Part shown: one piece after another, positions 23,003 through 35,319 of the stretch | Layout of the letters: each line of letters starts with the position of its first letter | Position numbering within the stretch: position 1 is the stretch's first letter | From: Ministeria vibrans ATCC 50519 | Lineage: Eukaryota > Protista > Filasterea | Direction of reading: 5' to 3' | Length of the DNA stretch: 37,496 nucleotides | Assembly (NCBI GenBank): GCA_943704425.1 | Contig: CALSCP010000334.1 | Coordinates: forward strand, 1 to 37,496 | The notes under the pieces: generated by a model | What the model was told of the DNA's origin: nothing | The model's input: the letters and a program-made list of their open reading frames with translations, nothing else | The model's database searches: none | Made by a program: the position numbers and the translations under genes

Positions 23003-23758
23003 ACACACCACAAAGGCACACACACATACACACACACACACAAACAAACACAAATCTCACCTCAGTGCTCTCTGTGGTGAAATTGTACACATCACTCCAG
23101 CCGAGATTGCCGCCCACGCGATAGTAGTAGGTGGTACCGGCAGTCAGGGGACTCATGGTGGCAAAGTGAACGAGACCCTCCTTCCACTCGCTGTACGTGC
23201 GGGCAAACCCTGCGGCACTGTGCGCGAGCGACGACGGTGCTGTGCCCCACTCGACGACCGTCGTGGCCGTCGCATTCGACTCGGCAACAGTCACCCAGCT
23301 GACCACCCATGCATCCCTCGACTGCACCATCAGGTGCAGCTGTTCCGGCGCATTCGTCAGATTCGGCGCATCCATCGCTCGAAACGCCTCCGTAAACTCC
23401 TTCTCAGACCACTGGCCGTCGCCATCCACGTCGTACCGCTCCATTAAAGGCCCCATCTGGTCTGCGAAGTGTGTGCCCATCCCAGACTCGATCTGCAAAA
23501 GGAGCACTGATGTCAATATTTTTTTGTGTTTTTGTTTTGGCTCTGTCACTCTCCAACCCTCTCAGAACCCAGTTTTTCTTGACGTACAGCATTAAAATAG
23601 CGAGGGAGTTCATCAATGTCGACAACCCCGTCGTTGTTTGCGTCCAGACGCGACGCAAAGAACCATTCGAGTCGCTCGCCGCGTCGAGGAGGCTTCGCGA
23701 CGGACGCGAGCGCAGCCGACACGGAAAAAAGTACGAGAACAACCGTAGAGAGTTTCAT
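20849..23758 (-). CDS. Purple acid phosphatase with signal peptide and two N-terminal EF-hands
   Basis: Signal peptide MKLSTVVLVLFSVSAALA; EF loops DANNDGVVDIDE and DVDGDGQWSEKE; FN3 region PEQLHL...TYYYRVG; metallophosphoesterase motifs GDMG, GDLAYA, GNHE, AHRPM and GHMH across many exons. Confidence 0.9.
21602..21675. repeat. 8-bp tandem repeat (gagtcaat)n in a phosphatase intron
   Basis: About nine consecutive gagtcaat units. Confidence 0.93.
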
Positions 23759-23835
23759 CTCCCTCAAAAAGCGAAGCGAGATTTTTGATTTACGACAGTT
23801 TTACGTAATTAGAAAAATTGAATGATGATTATGAT

Positions 23836-26800
23836 TTACTTTCCTAACAAAAACCAGGCATTGCGACACTGAGCGGCCGCCTTGCGTACCAGCCGTTTGG
23901 GATCGTTAAGAGCACTCTTGGTGCGTGCAAGAACGGTGGTGCGCTGAGGAAAAGCAAGCGATGTGGGAAGACGCTCGGCAATGGCAGTGAGTAGGGTGAG
24001 CGCGTCATGGCGCACTTGCATGCGCTCGTGCGAGCTGGCCAGCTGCACTGCGTGAGTGACAAACGAACCAGAGTGCTGTTCAATGGACGACGGAAGGACA
24101 CTGTTGTCGGAGTCATTGCTGGCGAGCAGGGTGGAGAGCGTCGCCAGAGACTGAGTGACGACTGTGGTGTCGGGTGAGCCCAATGACTCGAGCACAAGCG
24201 GTAGCAGTCGGTCCAGCTGAGGAGCAACCACAGAGTGCGGAACGTGCGTGAGCAAGTGTGACACGGCACTCACCGCTTGCATTTGGACGGGACGAGTGCC
24301 GATCGAGTCCAAGAAGAGATCGTGCAACGCTGCGGCATGCTCAACAAACAGCCGTTGGCGGTACATGATGCGCCAATTCGCATGTAGAGCGCGTGACAAC
24401 GCCTCCGGGGTCTCCCCAAGAATCACAGCAAACGCCTGAGACGCATTGGCGGCGGGGTGATGTCGCATAGATTGCACGAGAGCATGGACAGCGTCGCGTG
24501 CGCGCATATGCCCACTCACGACAAGTGCCTTGCTGAACCACGCCCACAGATGGATCGCCTTGCTCGCCACCGCCCCACCACCATCCCCTCCACCGTCATC
24601 ACCACTCTTCGTCACTGCTGTGACGGCATTTTCAACCAACTCACGAAACAGCTGCTCAATCACACACCCCACGCGCTCGGTGGACGCCCCTTTGTTCACC
24701 AGTGCCGCCAATCCCTGTGCCGCCACATCGTTCGTTTGCGCCGCAGTGACAAGTCGCGCAATCCAGTCACTCTCTTCATCACCAGTGACTGCGGCGCTGG
24801 TCACGAGCGCCTCAATGGCACTGGGTCGTGCAGCGCAGAGCAGTGCCGAAAGAATTCGCATCGAGCCACTCTCCCCCAGTACCGCTCCTTGTTGTTGCTG
24901 TGTGTCTGAATTGAGCCAGCGCACACACTCTCGATACACACTCGCGGCAGTCTCTGCCACTTCGTCACTGTCGTGGCCCTTGCTGTCAGTGCACAACTGG
25001 CGCATACGTGGAAGGATATCGGTGTGACATGCAATAGCAACGGGACCACCAGTGGTGGGGCTCGACAGAATCTGCACAACACTCTGAAGACGAGCGACAG
25101 TGGTGAGAGAAGGGTCAGTCAGATGATGCACAGTGCGCTGAGCGAGTGTAGTGGAGGCGCGTGAAAGCAGACAGAGAGCGTGTAGTGCCTCTGTGGCATC
25201 CATGCTGGCGCCCTCTGCATCGCTTGAGGTGTCCATTGGCGCACAAGAGTCAGACGACGACGAGGATGCAGCAATGCGAAAGAGGACAGTGAGCGTCTCC
25301 CCAGCAATCAGTGCACAACAGGGACTCGTCTCGAGCGACGCCAGCGAGCACAATGCCAACACGGCTTCCTTGCGCACCGTCTCACTGGCGGTGCCGCGTG
25401 TGCTCCGTGCCAGCAGTGCCGTCACAATACCCTGACACGCGGTCTGGTCAAAAAGAGAGCCGTCGGCACACGACAAAAGCGCTGCGAGTCCACGAGCGCC
25501 ACTCACGCAAATGTCGTCGCCCGAGGATGATGCCACGAGCGCCGCCGCAAACAGCTGCGCCCCTCGCTCGGCGTACTCGCGCACAAGCGCAATACATTTT
25601 TCGGTGCCAAACGAGGAAGTCGTCGTAGTGGTGGTGCGTGTGGCGACGGCAGTGGCACGCATGAGCAGCACAAGGATCTCAAGGGCCGCCGTGCGAGCGG
25701 ACACATCGTTGGTCTCGGACGCCCGCATGTGCAGCGTGGCACAGGTGTCGTCAAAGACATTGGCACAAGCCAGAGGTGAAGCAGAGGCGATGGCGGCGAG
25801 GACACGGGCCGCTGACATGGCACTGGCCAGGTCGGGTTCGCGGAAGAGACGCGCACACTCATGGATCATATGGTGGTGCAGAGGGGCTTGAGGCTCGCGC
25901 AGTGCAGTGGCACCGGCAAACAAAGCGCGCTCTTCGTCGCTGTCAAAGAGCACCTGCGATACCGCTCGAATGGCGTTGAGTGCGTCGACGGTGACTGCAG
26001 AAGGCTCGCCCGATGGCTGAGCCGCTGTGAGGAGAGTGCATTCACGCAGAGCGGGCCACATCACCGAGGCGGAGCCGGTCCAAGTGACCGCGGAGTAGGC
26101 CTCGGCTGCGTCGCTGATAAGTCGCAACGCTTCGCAACGACCCTCAATCGACACGCCCTGGAGTGTTTCGGCAATGAGTGGAATCGCATGTTCGCCAAAG
26201 ACGAGACCGCCCGCCACGAGACACTGGCGGAGTGCAGCACGCAGCTGATCTTCGGTAATGCCGCTGGTGTCTTCGGCAGGCGGTGTGTAGCGAATGGGAA
26301 AGTAGGCGGCAAGGACGTCAAAGAGATCTTCGGCAAAGAGACGGTAGGCCGGAAAGTGCGCGATGACGAGGGGTGCCATGCGAAAGACACTGGCAAGGTT
26401 GCGCGGGTCCTTCTCTTGATCGACCAGCTGGATGAAGCCCACCACAAAATCAGCACCGAGCGGACGGAGTGCCTCAAGCAGCGACGGGTCGCTCAGCAGA
26501 GCCTCAAGCAGGGTGTACGCACAGGCACGGTGCGCTTGCGGCAGCGACTGAAGACGGACATTGTCGAGAAGCGTGCGGAAGACGGACGGCACTGTGTCGG
26601 CCAGGAGCACTCCCTGGGCAGCCATGGACGCAAGGGCTTCGAGGACGGGCACGACACAGGCGAGATCGCGCATGCGATCAATGAAGAAGCTCGTGAGCAG
26701 CGCAATCTCCGACGGCTTTGCGTCCGTCGCGAAGGACTCCACAATGTGACGCAGCACAGTGGTGCCCCGGGTGCGCGCTGCGTCCTCGGGACTCGTCAAC

Positions 26801-26997
26801 GACGCCCCCAGTGCCACAACAATCCTCTCGAGGCTCTGCGAGCCATCCACAAGCTGCAAACAAGAGTCAAAATCAGCAACGAGTCAATATTTTTACTCCT
26901 TTTCACAAACTCTCTGTACCATAGAGCACAAAGGAGCCACCTGATCTGCCACGATCGGCGATGACTGTGTCGTCAACGCAGTCACGAGGGTCTCCAT
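23836..26997 (-). CDS. MMS19: MMS19 (cytosolic Fe-S assembly HEAT-repeat protein)
   Basis: 1007-aa exon with DQEKDPRNL, LFDVLAAYFPIRY and C-terminal LNDPKRLVRKAAAQCRNAWFLL; short first exon from ATG at 26997. Confidence 0.92.
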
Positions 26998-27089
26998 AAC
27001 AAGAATCAAAAAAGAAAGAAAGAGTGCCCAAAGGACACTGGACAATTATGAGTAGATTTGATAATCATTAATTTTCAGACTAAATAGAA

Positions 27090-28610
27090 ATGCTGTCATC
27101 ATCATCACGATTGTACCGCGCATTAGCGAGCACCCGGGGCTTGAGCATGAGTGCTGCAAGGAGACAAGACACGCACAAGGTCGCGTTGATTCCTGGACAT
27201 GGTAATAATAATATAATTATGAAAAAAAAAAGTTGAAAGTGTCCTTTCACTGCTTTCCATCTAACGAAGCGCTCTCCTTCCCCTCCAAGGCATTGGACCC
27301 GAAATCTCAGCAGCAGTTGTGAAGATTTTCGAAGCCGCCGGGGTACGTTGTGAGAGAGAACGAGCGTCTTTTTGGTCATGGCGCTTCGACGCGGTGGCAC
27401 ATTTTTGCACATCCCAGCACTCAACGCCTCGTCTCGCCCACTATGATTCGATAACATGTTACGTGCTGTGCTGTGTCAGCCCGTCGTGTTCTAATATTGC
27501 GGCAATACGTTGTGCAAAGGCGGCGATGGCCACATCAGGAAAAATATATATTTCACTCTCTTACACTCTTGTCTGTGCTTTGTTCGTCTGTGTTTTCTTT
27601 CAGGCGCCCATTGAGTGGGAAGAGGTGGACATTACATTGAGCAAAGGGCATCAGGGAATGATGGACTTTTCGAGTGCGACCAAGGCGACGATTCGCGAGC
27701 TGGGCATTGTGCTGAAGGGCCCGCTGATGACGCCCATTGGCAAGGGCCAGCGTTCGCTGAACCTGATGCTGCGCAAAGAGTTTGAGCTGTTTGCCAATGT
27801 GCGACCATGCAAGAGCATCCCGGGCTTCAAGACGCTCTACGACAACGTGGATCTGGTGACGGTGCGCGAGAACACCGAGGGCGAGTACAGCGGCATTGAG
27901 CATGTGGTGGTGCCCGGCGTGGTGCAGAGCGCCAAGCTGATCACCCGCAACGCCTCGATGCGTGTTGCGCGCTTCGCCTTTGGCCATGCGCGCCAGATGG
28001 GCCGTCCGTCTGTGACGGCACTGCACAAGGCGAACATCATGAAGATGTGCGACGGACTTTTCCTCGAGTGCTGTCGCAAGGTCGCGCAGGAAAACCCCGA
28101 CATTGCGTACAAGGAGGCGGTCCTCGACAGCGCATGTCTCCAAGTAAGTACCCCACACTCTTGAGAGTGAATTCGACTGACACGCAAATATTGTTACAGC
28201 TGACAATGGACCCGACCGTCTACAACCACACAGTCCTGCTCACCACCAACCTGGCGGGAGATGTCCTGAGCGACCTCTGCGCGGGTCTGATTGGCGGTCT
28301 GGGCCTGACGCCCTCGGCCAACGTTGGCGGGGCCAGCAGCGACGGCACGACGCCCCCTACCATGGCCATGTTCGAGGCAGTGCACGGCACCGCGCCCGAC
28401 ATTGAAGGCAAGGACCTTGCCAACCCCACTGCCTTGCTCCTCTCGGCTGTCCAGATGCTCCGTCACCTCAATCTCCCTTCCTACGCTGACCGCATTGAGA
28501 CGGCTGCCCTTGGCGCCATCTCAGACGGCCTCGTCAAGACGGGCGATCTGGGTGGTGTTGCAAAGTGCTCTGAGTTTACCACTGAGATCTGTAAACGTCT
28601 CACTACCTAA
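27090..28610 (+). CDS. IDH3A: Mitochondrial NAD-dependent isocitrate dehydrogenase, catalytic (alpha) subunit
   Basis: Transit-like N-terminus; ALIPGH|[81 protein letters not shown]. 4 exons. Confidence 0.92.
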
Positions 28611-28687
28611 TGTTTCTGTTTCACACACACACACAAAAAAAAAAATGGGGGGGGGGGGGGGTCTTCTCAGTTTGGCTCAATCGTCAG

Positions 28688-30232
28688 TCATTGGGTCTTC
28701 TTGTTGGCCATCTTCTTCTTGAGGATCTTGACGACGCCCGTAAAGATCATATAGAACCAGTAGTACTGGAGAGTGAGAAAGAGCACGCCCGTCACAAAGG
28801 TAAATGCGCTAATAGGGTTAGCAAGCACACCCAGGGTGATGGTCGACAGCAGCTTGTGCAGGACCACCGAGCCCCACACCACCCGGTTCACGAAGAATAG
28901 CAGTGTCCATGTCAACCCGTTCTACACAGAGAGTAAAAGCGCGTCAAGAGAGAGGAAGTCAAGAAACAAAGAAACAAAGGATTGAGAGGTGGATTTCGAC
29001 TGGTTCACGTTCCGTTGTTGGGGAGGGAAGGAGAGAGGGTGTATAGTTTTTGCCTTACGACGGTGTACAAGAGGGTGTCTTTCATTCCGGCAAGATCAAG
29101 GAAATAGCGCAAATTCGCATTGACTGCAGACATTTCCATTGTCTAAAGACACAAACAAAAAACACACACACACACACATATCAAATCAGTCTGCATTGCG
29201 CACTTAGTGGTTGTTCTTGTGTTAACCTGAAGCATGCACATGAAGTAGGAGCCAAAGGCGGGTGCCTGCAGCATCCCTGAGACGTAGCTGACAATGATCA
29301 GCACATGATGCCCCACATACACCTTATCCATATGGTGCCTAACCTCACACCCATTCAATTGGTTATTGTTTGTGTTTTTTTTGTTTGTGTATGTGTGTAT
29401 GTGATTGTACCATGCTAAGAAGATGCCGTCTTGAAGGCAGTAGCCGCAGGTCCACAGAAGAACCCACATGCGAAGTTGAGTAACTGTGTAAAACGACTGT
29501 GGAGAATTTTAGCTTTTGTGTCATTCTCTCCCTTTCGCTGCAGGTGTGCATACCTCAACGTCGGCATCAGTGACAGTCGGGTCGTGGGGATGCCCTGCGC
29601 ACACGCACATGATCGCCACCACGCCGGAAATGGGAGCGTGCAGAGTGGAGATGAGCGTTGTCTCCCACCACAGCTTCTTCTGCGCACTCAGCGCATTGTA
29701 CACCTTCGTCATGCGCAGAATCGGCCTATGCATAGTGTGAGCATGGCTGCTCGTCGCAGAGGGGCTCTCGCGTCGCACAGCAGCGCCAGTGCAACGGCAA
29801 ACGAGCGCATCACATCCCAACGACAACACACAAACCCCAATCACAACAATGCGCCGCCCTTGAGTGCCCATTTAGACACCGCAGCGTTCAAAACACACAC
29901 ACAGCATACTATGACGACTCCCGCGCACGCCTCACAACGCGTGATTCTACACTTTCACAAACGCAACATTTTTTTTTTTTTTTGCGCTTTTCTAGATTTA
30001 GAACTCACACACAAACACACACACACACACCCCAGTTGTGATATTTTTGACCAGTGTACCTAGAGAGCATGAGAAGGAGCTGGAAGAAGACGGCAAAGCC
30101 GACGATCGCCATGATCATCCGTTCGACGGAGACACTGCCAGTGTCCAGATCAACAATAGGCGGTAATTCCTCTTCGAGCCAGGCAGCCGCCTGGGCCGCG
30201 CGGGCCGTAATAGGAGCAAAGATGTCAAACAT
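28688..30232 (-). CDS. TLC (TRAM/LAG1/CLN8) domain membrane protein, TLCD4/TMEM56-like
   Basis: WETTLISTLHA, GYCLQD, YVGHHV, EMSAVNANLRYFL, NGLTWTLLFFVNR and YYWFYMI across several exons. Confidence 0.78.
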
Positions 30233-30372
30233 GACCAGAAAAAGAAGAGATTATTGTTTGTTGTGAGTTGTGAGTTGCCGACGGAAGATTGACTTGTGGT
30301 ATGAGTTGATATTGTTATTTTCATCAATCATCATACTTCATTCTATAATTCTTTGCCCGCGCCACTGTACCA

Positions 30373-32162
30373 ATGGACCCAAGTCGGCGTGACACCAGCG
30401 ACGGTGCAGATCAGCAAGCGCCCAGCGCGTCTGCTGCAGCGTCGCCCGATCATCCCGCTGCGCCGTCGCCCAGCGACGCAGTGCGCGACGCCGTCTCAAC
30501 CGTCCTCGAATCGATCCGGGCCTTCTACGCACGTCGAAAACCACCCACCGATGATTACGAGCTGGTGGCAGGACCAAGAGAAGCAGGTTTGATTGGTCCT
30601 TTTTAGTCTTTGCAAAAGACGTCCTTGACACTTCTCCTCTCTCTCCTCTCTCTCCCTTTTCTCTCTCTCTCCCCCCCCTCCCCCCTCTCTCCCCCCGAAT
30701 TGACTAGTCACCGCATATCGCAGTATCATGTCCAAGGAAGAGCAGACTGGGTTCTGGGGGCCATTGTTTCTCTCGTTCTGGATCCGCACCCACGACCCAG
30801 AGCGGGATGACCTGCTCTTCTTTGTGCGAGCGCAAAACCTCACTTCAAACCCAGCTCGCCCGCGACCGTAACGACTCTATGCGACTACTCTCATCTTTTT
30901 GTCACTTTGTTTCTCTCTTCACTTTGTTCATCTCTTTACTTTGTTTTTCTTTCTCTCTTTCTCTCTATTTTCTTTCTTTCTTTCTCTGCTTCTATTCATT
31001 CGTTTATTTTATTCATTTGTAGTGGCAGTAATGGCAATATTGGCGGTCATGAGAGCGACCCGTTTTTTGTTGTGCGTGTTCAGCAAAAGGACAAACTGCC
31101 TGCATTTGACGATCCTTCCATTGATTGGGAAGCTAGTTTCCACCTGAATCTTATTCTTAATCAGTTTGAGTACGAGCTGGTCGTTGGTATTGCTGCGCAG
31201 CGCACGCAAATGCGAGGAATGCGTCTGCTCAGTCGTGCCTCGAAAAAGGTCTTTGCCAGTCCATCCACCCGTCAAATGGACGGCAAAGCAAACCACGTCG
31301 TTTGTACCTACCCCATGAGTAAGCACAGAGAGAGAGAGGAAAAAGGAACAAAGTGATAGAGAGAGAGAGAGATAGAAACAAAGTGAGAGAGAGAGAATGA
31401 AACAAAGTGAGAGAGAGAGTGATAGAAAGAGAGAAACCTGTTTTAATGAGAGCCTACTAATCCATTTTGATTATTATAGTCTACTTTACGATTGATAATT
31501 TTGACGAAGTGTTTGCGACGACTGTGGTTCTGGAGAAGGAGTGTCTGTGCATTGAGCTGATAGCCAAAGTGCGCGGAGGCGATGCTGTGTCGGACCAGAG
31601 TGTGCTCTTCCAGGGCACTGTCACGTATGAGCTGTTGTGTGGGGCCTTTGCACGCAAACAGCGCCGCTCCTCTCGCACTCAGATTGTCAGTGCCATTCTA
31701 AGCAAAGACCAGAAACGCCGTCGTGTAGAGTTCCTCCGTCTCAGAGGTCCCGGTGGCAAGGGTGAAGCAGAAGTTGCCATGAGTGTACGTCAGGGCAAAG
31801 CAGGCGAGGAAATGACGCCCAAGAGCGACCCTCTCTGTGAACCCTCGCCAGCTCTCTCGCGCTCCTCCTCCTCCGTTTCCGCTCACTCTACTGCCTCCAC
31901 TGCGTCTGCCACCACCACCACTACCACTACCACTTCACCACTACAGTCCGCATGGGCATCCATCAAGCGCTTTGGCTCGTCCCTCAGCGACCCTCAGTCC
32001 GCCTCCGCCTCCTCTGCCTCTGGTGCTGCCCCAGAGGGCTCGATGTTTAACGCCTTTGTCACGTTTGTCTCCCTCGAGTGGCGCACCATTGTTGATGACA
32101 TTGTCAGTGCCCGTGTCAAACCCGTTCTCCGCGACATGCCTATTCACAAGGGCGACCTGTAG
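30373..32162 (+). CDS. KIAA0930-like (DUF2045) protein
   Basis: DDLLFFVR, IDWEASFHLNLIL, KKVFASPS..MDGK, TYP|IVYFTIDNFDEVF, CLCIELIA, LFQGTVTY, EFLRLRGPGGKGEAEVAM, FVSLEW. Confidence 0.85.
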
Positions 32163-32285
32163 TACTCTTCAACTTACCTTGTACACTATCGATTTCAACG
32201 CTGTCTCTCCCCTCAAAAAACATTAAAATTTTCTTATATTTTATTACACAAAATGCGTCATTATCTCTCTATCGCTGTTTCTTTC

Positions 32286-32419
32286 TGCTCCCACCCACAC
32301 ACACACAAACACACACACACACACTCCTCTCTCTCTCTCTATCACTTTGTTTCTTTCTCCTCTCTCTCTCTATCACTTTGTTTCTTTCTCCTCTCTCTCT
32401 CTCTATCACTTTGCTTCTT

Positions 32420-32476
<57 letters not shown>

Positions 32477-32505
32477 TATCTATCACTTTGTATCTTTCTC
32501 CCTCC

Positions 32506-32601
<96 letters not shown>

Positions 32602-32712
32602 TCTCTCTCTATCTATCACTTTGTATCTTTCTCCCTCCCTCCTCTCTCTCGCTCCCTCTCTCTCTATCTATCACTTTGTATCTTTCTCCCTCCCTCCTCT
32701 CTCTCTCTTTCT
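32286..32712. repeat. Compound (CA)n/(CT)n microsatellite with interspersed ATCACTTTGT units
   Basis: Seen directly between the convergent KIAA0930-like and RNF10 3' ends. Confidence 0.95.
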
Positions 32713-32744
32713 CCGCCTCCACATCCTCCCACACTATATACATG

Positions 32745-35054
32745 TCACAGATATGCGCGTGCCGATGACGTCGAAAACAGCGTAGACCCCTTCTTCTTGT
32801 TCTTCTTCTTGCGTCGTCCTTCTTCTCCTCCTTCCCCTTCGTCCCTCGCTGCATCCTCTTCCTCCCTTCTCGACTGCCCTGCACTCCACAAGTGCACTCC
32901 AAACTCGCTCTGGAACGACGGCGCAGCAAACTGTGCGGCGTCCTCTGCCCCGCTGCCATCTGTACCCTCGGAGCACCCACTCAGCGCATTGCGTCCCTTC
33001 CGGCGCACATAAGCTACTCCCCGACTCGCGTTTCCTCCTCCACCACCCAGTAACACATTCGAAAAGCTCGTGAGTGCACCACCACTCGAGGCCATTGCTC
33101 CACCAGCAGTAGAATCGTCCGTCTCGTTAGCACTCTCTTGTGACTCAAACACAACACGTGCGCTCTCTCGCAACCACTCAAACGGCACATCTTCTTCCTC
33201 GCCTGCGTCGTTACTTCCGCCTTCCGCTCCGTATAACATTGGGAAATCGCCACGCGACTCAATCTGTGCTCGCATTGGCGGACCCTCTTCACGCAGTCGC
33301 TCAGCCATCCGTAGTCGTTCCTCCCGTCGACGCTCCTCCGCTCCTTTGGCGTGTCGTCGCTTCTTCCGTCGCCGCAACTCCTCTGCAAACGTCTGACGCA
33401 CCTCAGCGGACACAACCAACTCAATTTCCACCAGCTGAAACAGTGCTCCCACAGGCAAGTGCGCCGTTCGCTTGTATCGCTTACGCACGTCCGTGTCCTG
33501 TCGCACCTCCTCAATCTCTACAATCTTCCCACTCACTTGATCCATTGCGGTACTGTTCTTCCCATGTGTTCCCTTCGCATCCCCCCCATCTTCTTCTTCT
33601 ACTTTTTCCTTTCCCTCTTCTCCCATCTCCTTCCTCTCCTGCTCCTTCCTCATCCGACACTTACGCTCCTCCGCCAAACACTGTTCAATAAGCGGCTGCA
33701 AAAACACCCGACGGCCGTCAGATGCCTGATAGAAGAACACATCGTCCGTCGTCGTGGCCATCGTCGTTTCCGCATCGTTCGCCTTCTTTCCTTTGTCCAG
33801 CTCCCCCTTTGCCTCCTCCTCCTCTGACAAACTCTTCTTCTTGATCGCTGCTTCGGCAGCTTCGACTGCGATTCGCTCCTGTACCTCCTTTTCACGCACA
33901 TCCAACTCGACAAGGGCACATTCAAGGAAGGGCACGTCAGTGTCGTCAGCTCCACCACCCACATTAGTTCCGCGTGACTCGTCGAGTGCCTCGCAAAGTT
34001 CCCGTCGTTCGCGCAAGATCACTTGCTCAAGTACCTGACGTGCGGGTGCAACGAGAATACGTGAAAAGACCAAGTTTGAGGAATCCAGATGGTCTGCATC
34101 AAACTGTGGGGGCGTTTCGGTGGCCGCTGAGTGCCACAAGGGCGCCGGGAGAGCGACGGCCGCCTGGCGGGGGCGACGCATGCGCGTGAGTTGGACCATG
34201 TCACCAACATGCAGTCGCTCGTGCACCTTGAGCACCGCACTGACAAGCTCGCGTCGCTCAATGTACACGCCGCAGACGGGACACTCGCCATAGGCGCTGG
34301 ATTTGCTGGCGAGCGTGAAGAAGCGCAAGAGACACGGCCAGCAATACACATGTCCGCAGCGTGCAACCTTGGCGGCCACCGGCGCCCCAAGACAAATGGG
34401 ACACCGTGAGATGTCGTCCATCGAGTACACAATGGCAAGTTCAACACGTTCCCATGCAATGTCCCAGTCGGCAGTCACGAGGAGGCCGCTGTAGTGTGAC
34501 GGGTCTGAGCCGGCCGCAACGACAAGTTGACAATTGGCATGAAAGAACTGCTCTCTCTTGCGCTGCGGCTGTTGAGTCCTGCGGCGTGACGACGCCGACG
34601 CCGAAGACATTGACATGCTGCTCGCCGAGAGCGATCCAGACGCAGTCGATCTGGACGAGGAGGGAGGATCGTAGCGGAAGTTGAGCAGATCGCGTGGATC
34701 GTCAACAACGACGGCAGGCGAAGACGGTGTCGACCGCTGTCCACCGCCACCGCCACCGCGTCGATTTCTAGGTGCGCCATTGCGTCCGCCACGCTGTTGA
34801 GCGTGAGAGGGTGTCTCGTGAAGCGGTCGGGCGCTGTTGTGGACAGGAACAGAGGTGGAAGTCGCCGTCGTCCGCTTCTTCCTCTCTCGCGTCGCAGAAG
34901 CCCCTTTCTTCGGCTGCCGGCCCGCTCCAGCAGTGGTCGCTGGTTGAACTTGGGCGGGAGGAGCAACGAGAAGCGCGGCGGCGGGCAGCATGGGCGAGAA
35001 GGCGGGCGCGTCGGGGTTGAGCGCAGACGATTTCGCAACTTCTTGGTCTCCCAT
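32745..35054 (-). CDS. RNF10: RING finger protein 10 (Mag2-like) E3 ligase, intronless
   Basis: LLNFRY, QFFHANCQLVV, C3HC4 RING CPICL...CGHVYCWPCLL...CPVC, FFYQASDG, VRKRYKRTAHLP, C-terminal KKKNKKKGSTLFST. Confidence 0.9.
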   Translation of the reverse strand: MGDQEVAKSSALNPDAPAFSPMLPAAALLVAPPAQVQPATTAGAGRQPKKGASATRERKKRTTATSTSVPVHNSARPLHETPSHAQQRGGRNGAPRNRRGGGGGGQRSTPSSPAVVVDDPRDLLNFRYDPPSSSRSTASGSLSASSMSMSSASASSRRRTQQPQRKREQFFHANCQLVVAAGSDPSHYSGLLVTADWDIAWERVELAIVYSMDDISRCPICLGAPVAAKVARCGHVYCWPCLLRFFTLASKSSAYGECPVCGVYIERRELVSAVLKVHERLHVGDMVQLTRMRRPRQAAVALPAPLWHSAATETPPQFDADHLDSSNLVFSRILVAPARQVLEQVILRERRELCEALDESRGTNVGGGADDTDVPFLECALVELDVREKEVQERIAVEAAEAAIKKKSLSEEEEAKGELDKGKKANDAETTMATTTDDVFFYQASDGRRVFLQPLIEQCLAEERKCRMRKEQERKEMGEEGKEKVEEEDGGDAKGTHGKNSTAMDQVSGKIVEIEEVRQDTDVRKRYKRTAHLPVGALFQLVEIELVVSAEVRQTFAEELRRRKKRRHAKGAEERRREERLRMAERLREEGPPMRAQIESRGDFPMLYGAEGGSNDAGEEEDVPFEWLRESARVVFESQESANETDDSTAGGAMASSGGALTSFSNVLLGGGGGNASRGVAYVRRKGRNALSGCSEGTDGSGAEDAAQFAAPSFQSEFGVHLWSAGQSRREEEDAARDEGEGGEEGRRKKKNKKKGSTLFSTSSARAYL

Positions 35055-35319
35055 GCTGAATACGAAGGGAGAAACGTACGCGTGCTCGCGGTGCCCCCAC
35101 ACCCACCAAAGAAGCACTGGTCCTTTGACGATTGGGCTTCAATAGATTGAAAAATGTGTTCGCACTGGGCACTAAGTCAACGCGAGTTTTCTTGATCACC
35201 CCGACAGATCCAAAGAATGAAATCATCAAATCAATCAGAAAAAAAAACTTTCTTATTTACTACTCGGTTGGCCCTATTGTTTTGATATTGCAACACTGCT
35301 ACATATTATATAAATAACC

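Noticed and set aside
25861-26964. 367-aa plus-strand ORF
   Set aside because: Antisense shadow of the GC-rich MMS19 exon; no motifs.
27190-28270. IDH substitutions PGHG (usually PGDG) and NLAGD (usually NLYGD) as a sign of inactivity
   Set aside because: Catalytic and metal-binding residues (EGEY, HKAN, D..SD) are retained; probably ordinary divergence.
32253-33012. Plus-strand LSLSLS ORFs (also 22300-22664)
   Set aside because: Translations of (CT)n tracts, partly antisense to RNF10 or inside a phosphatase intron.
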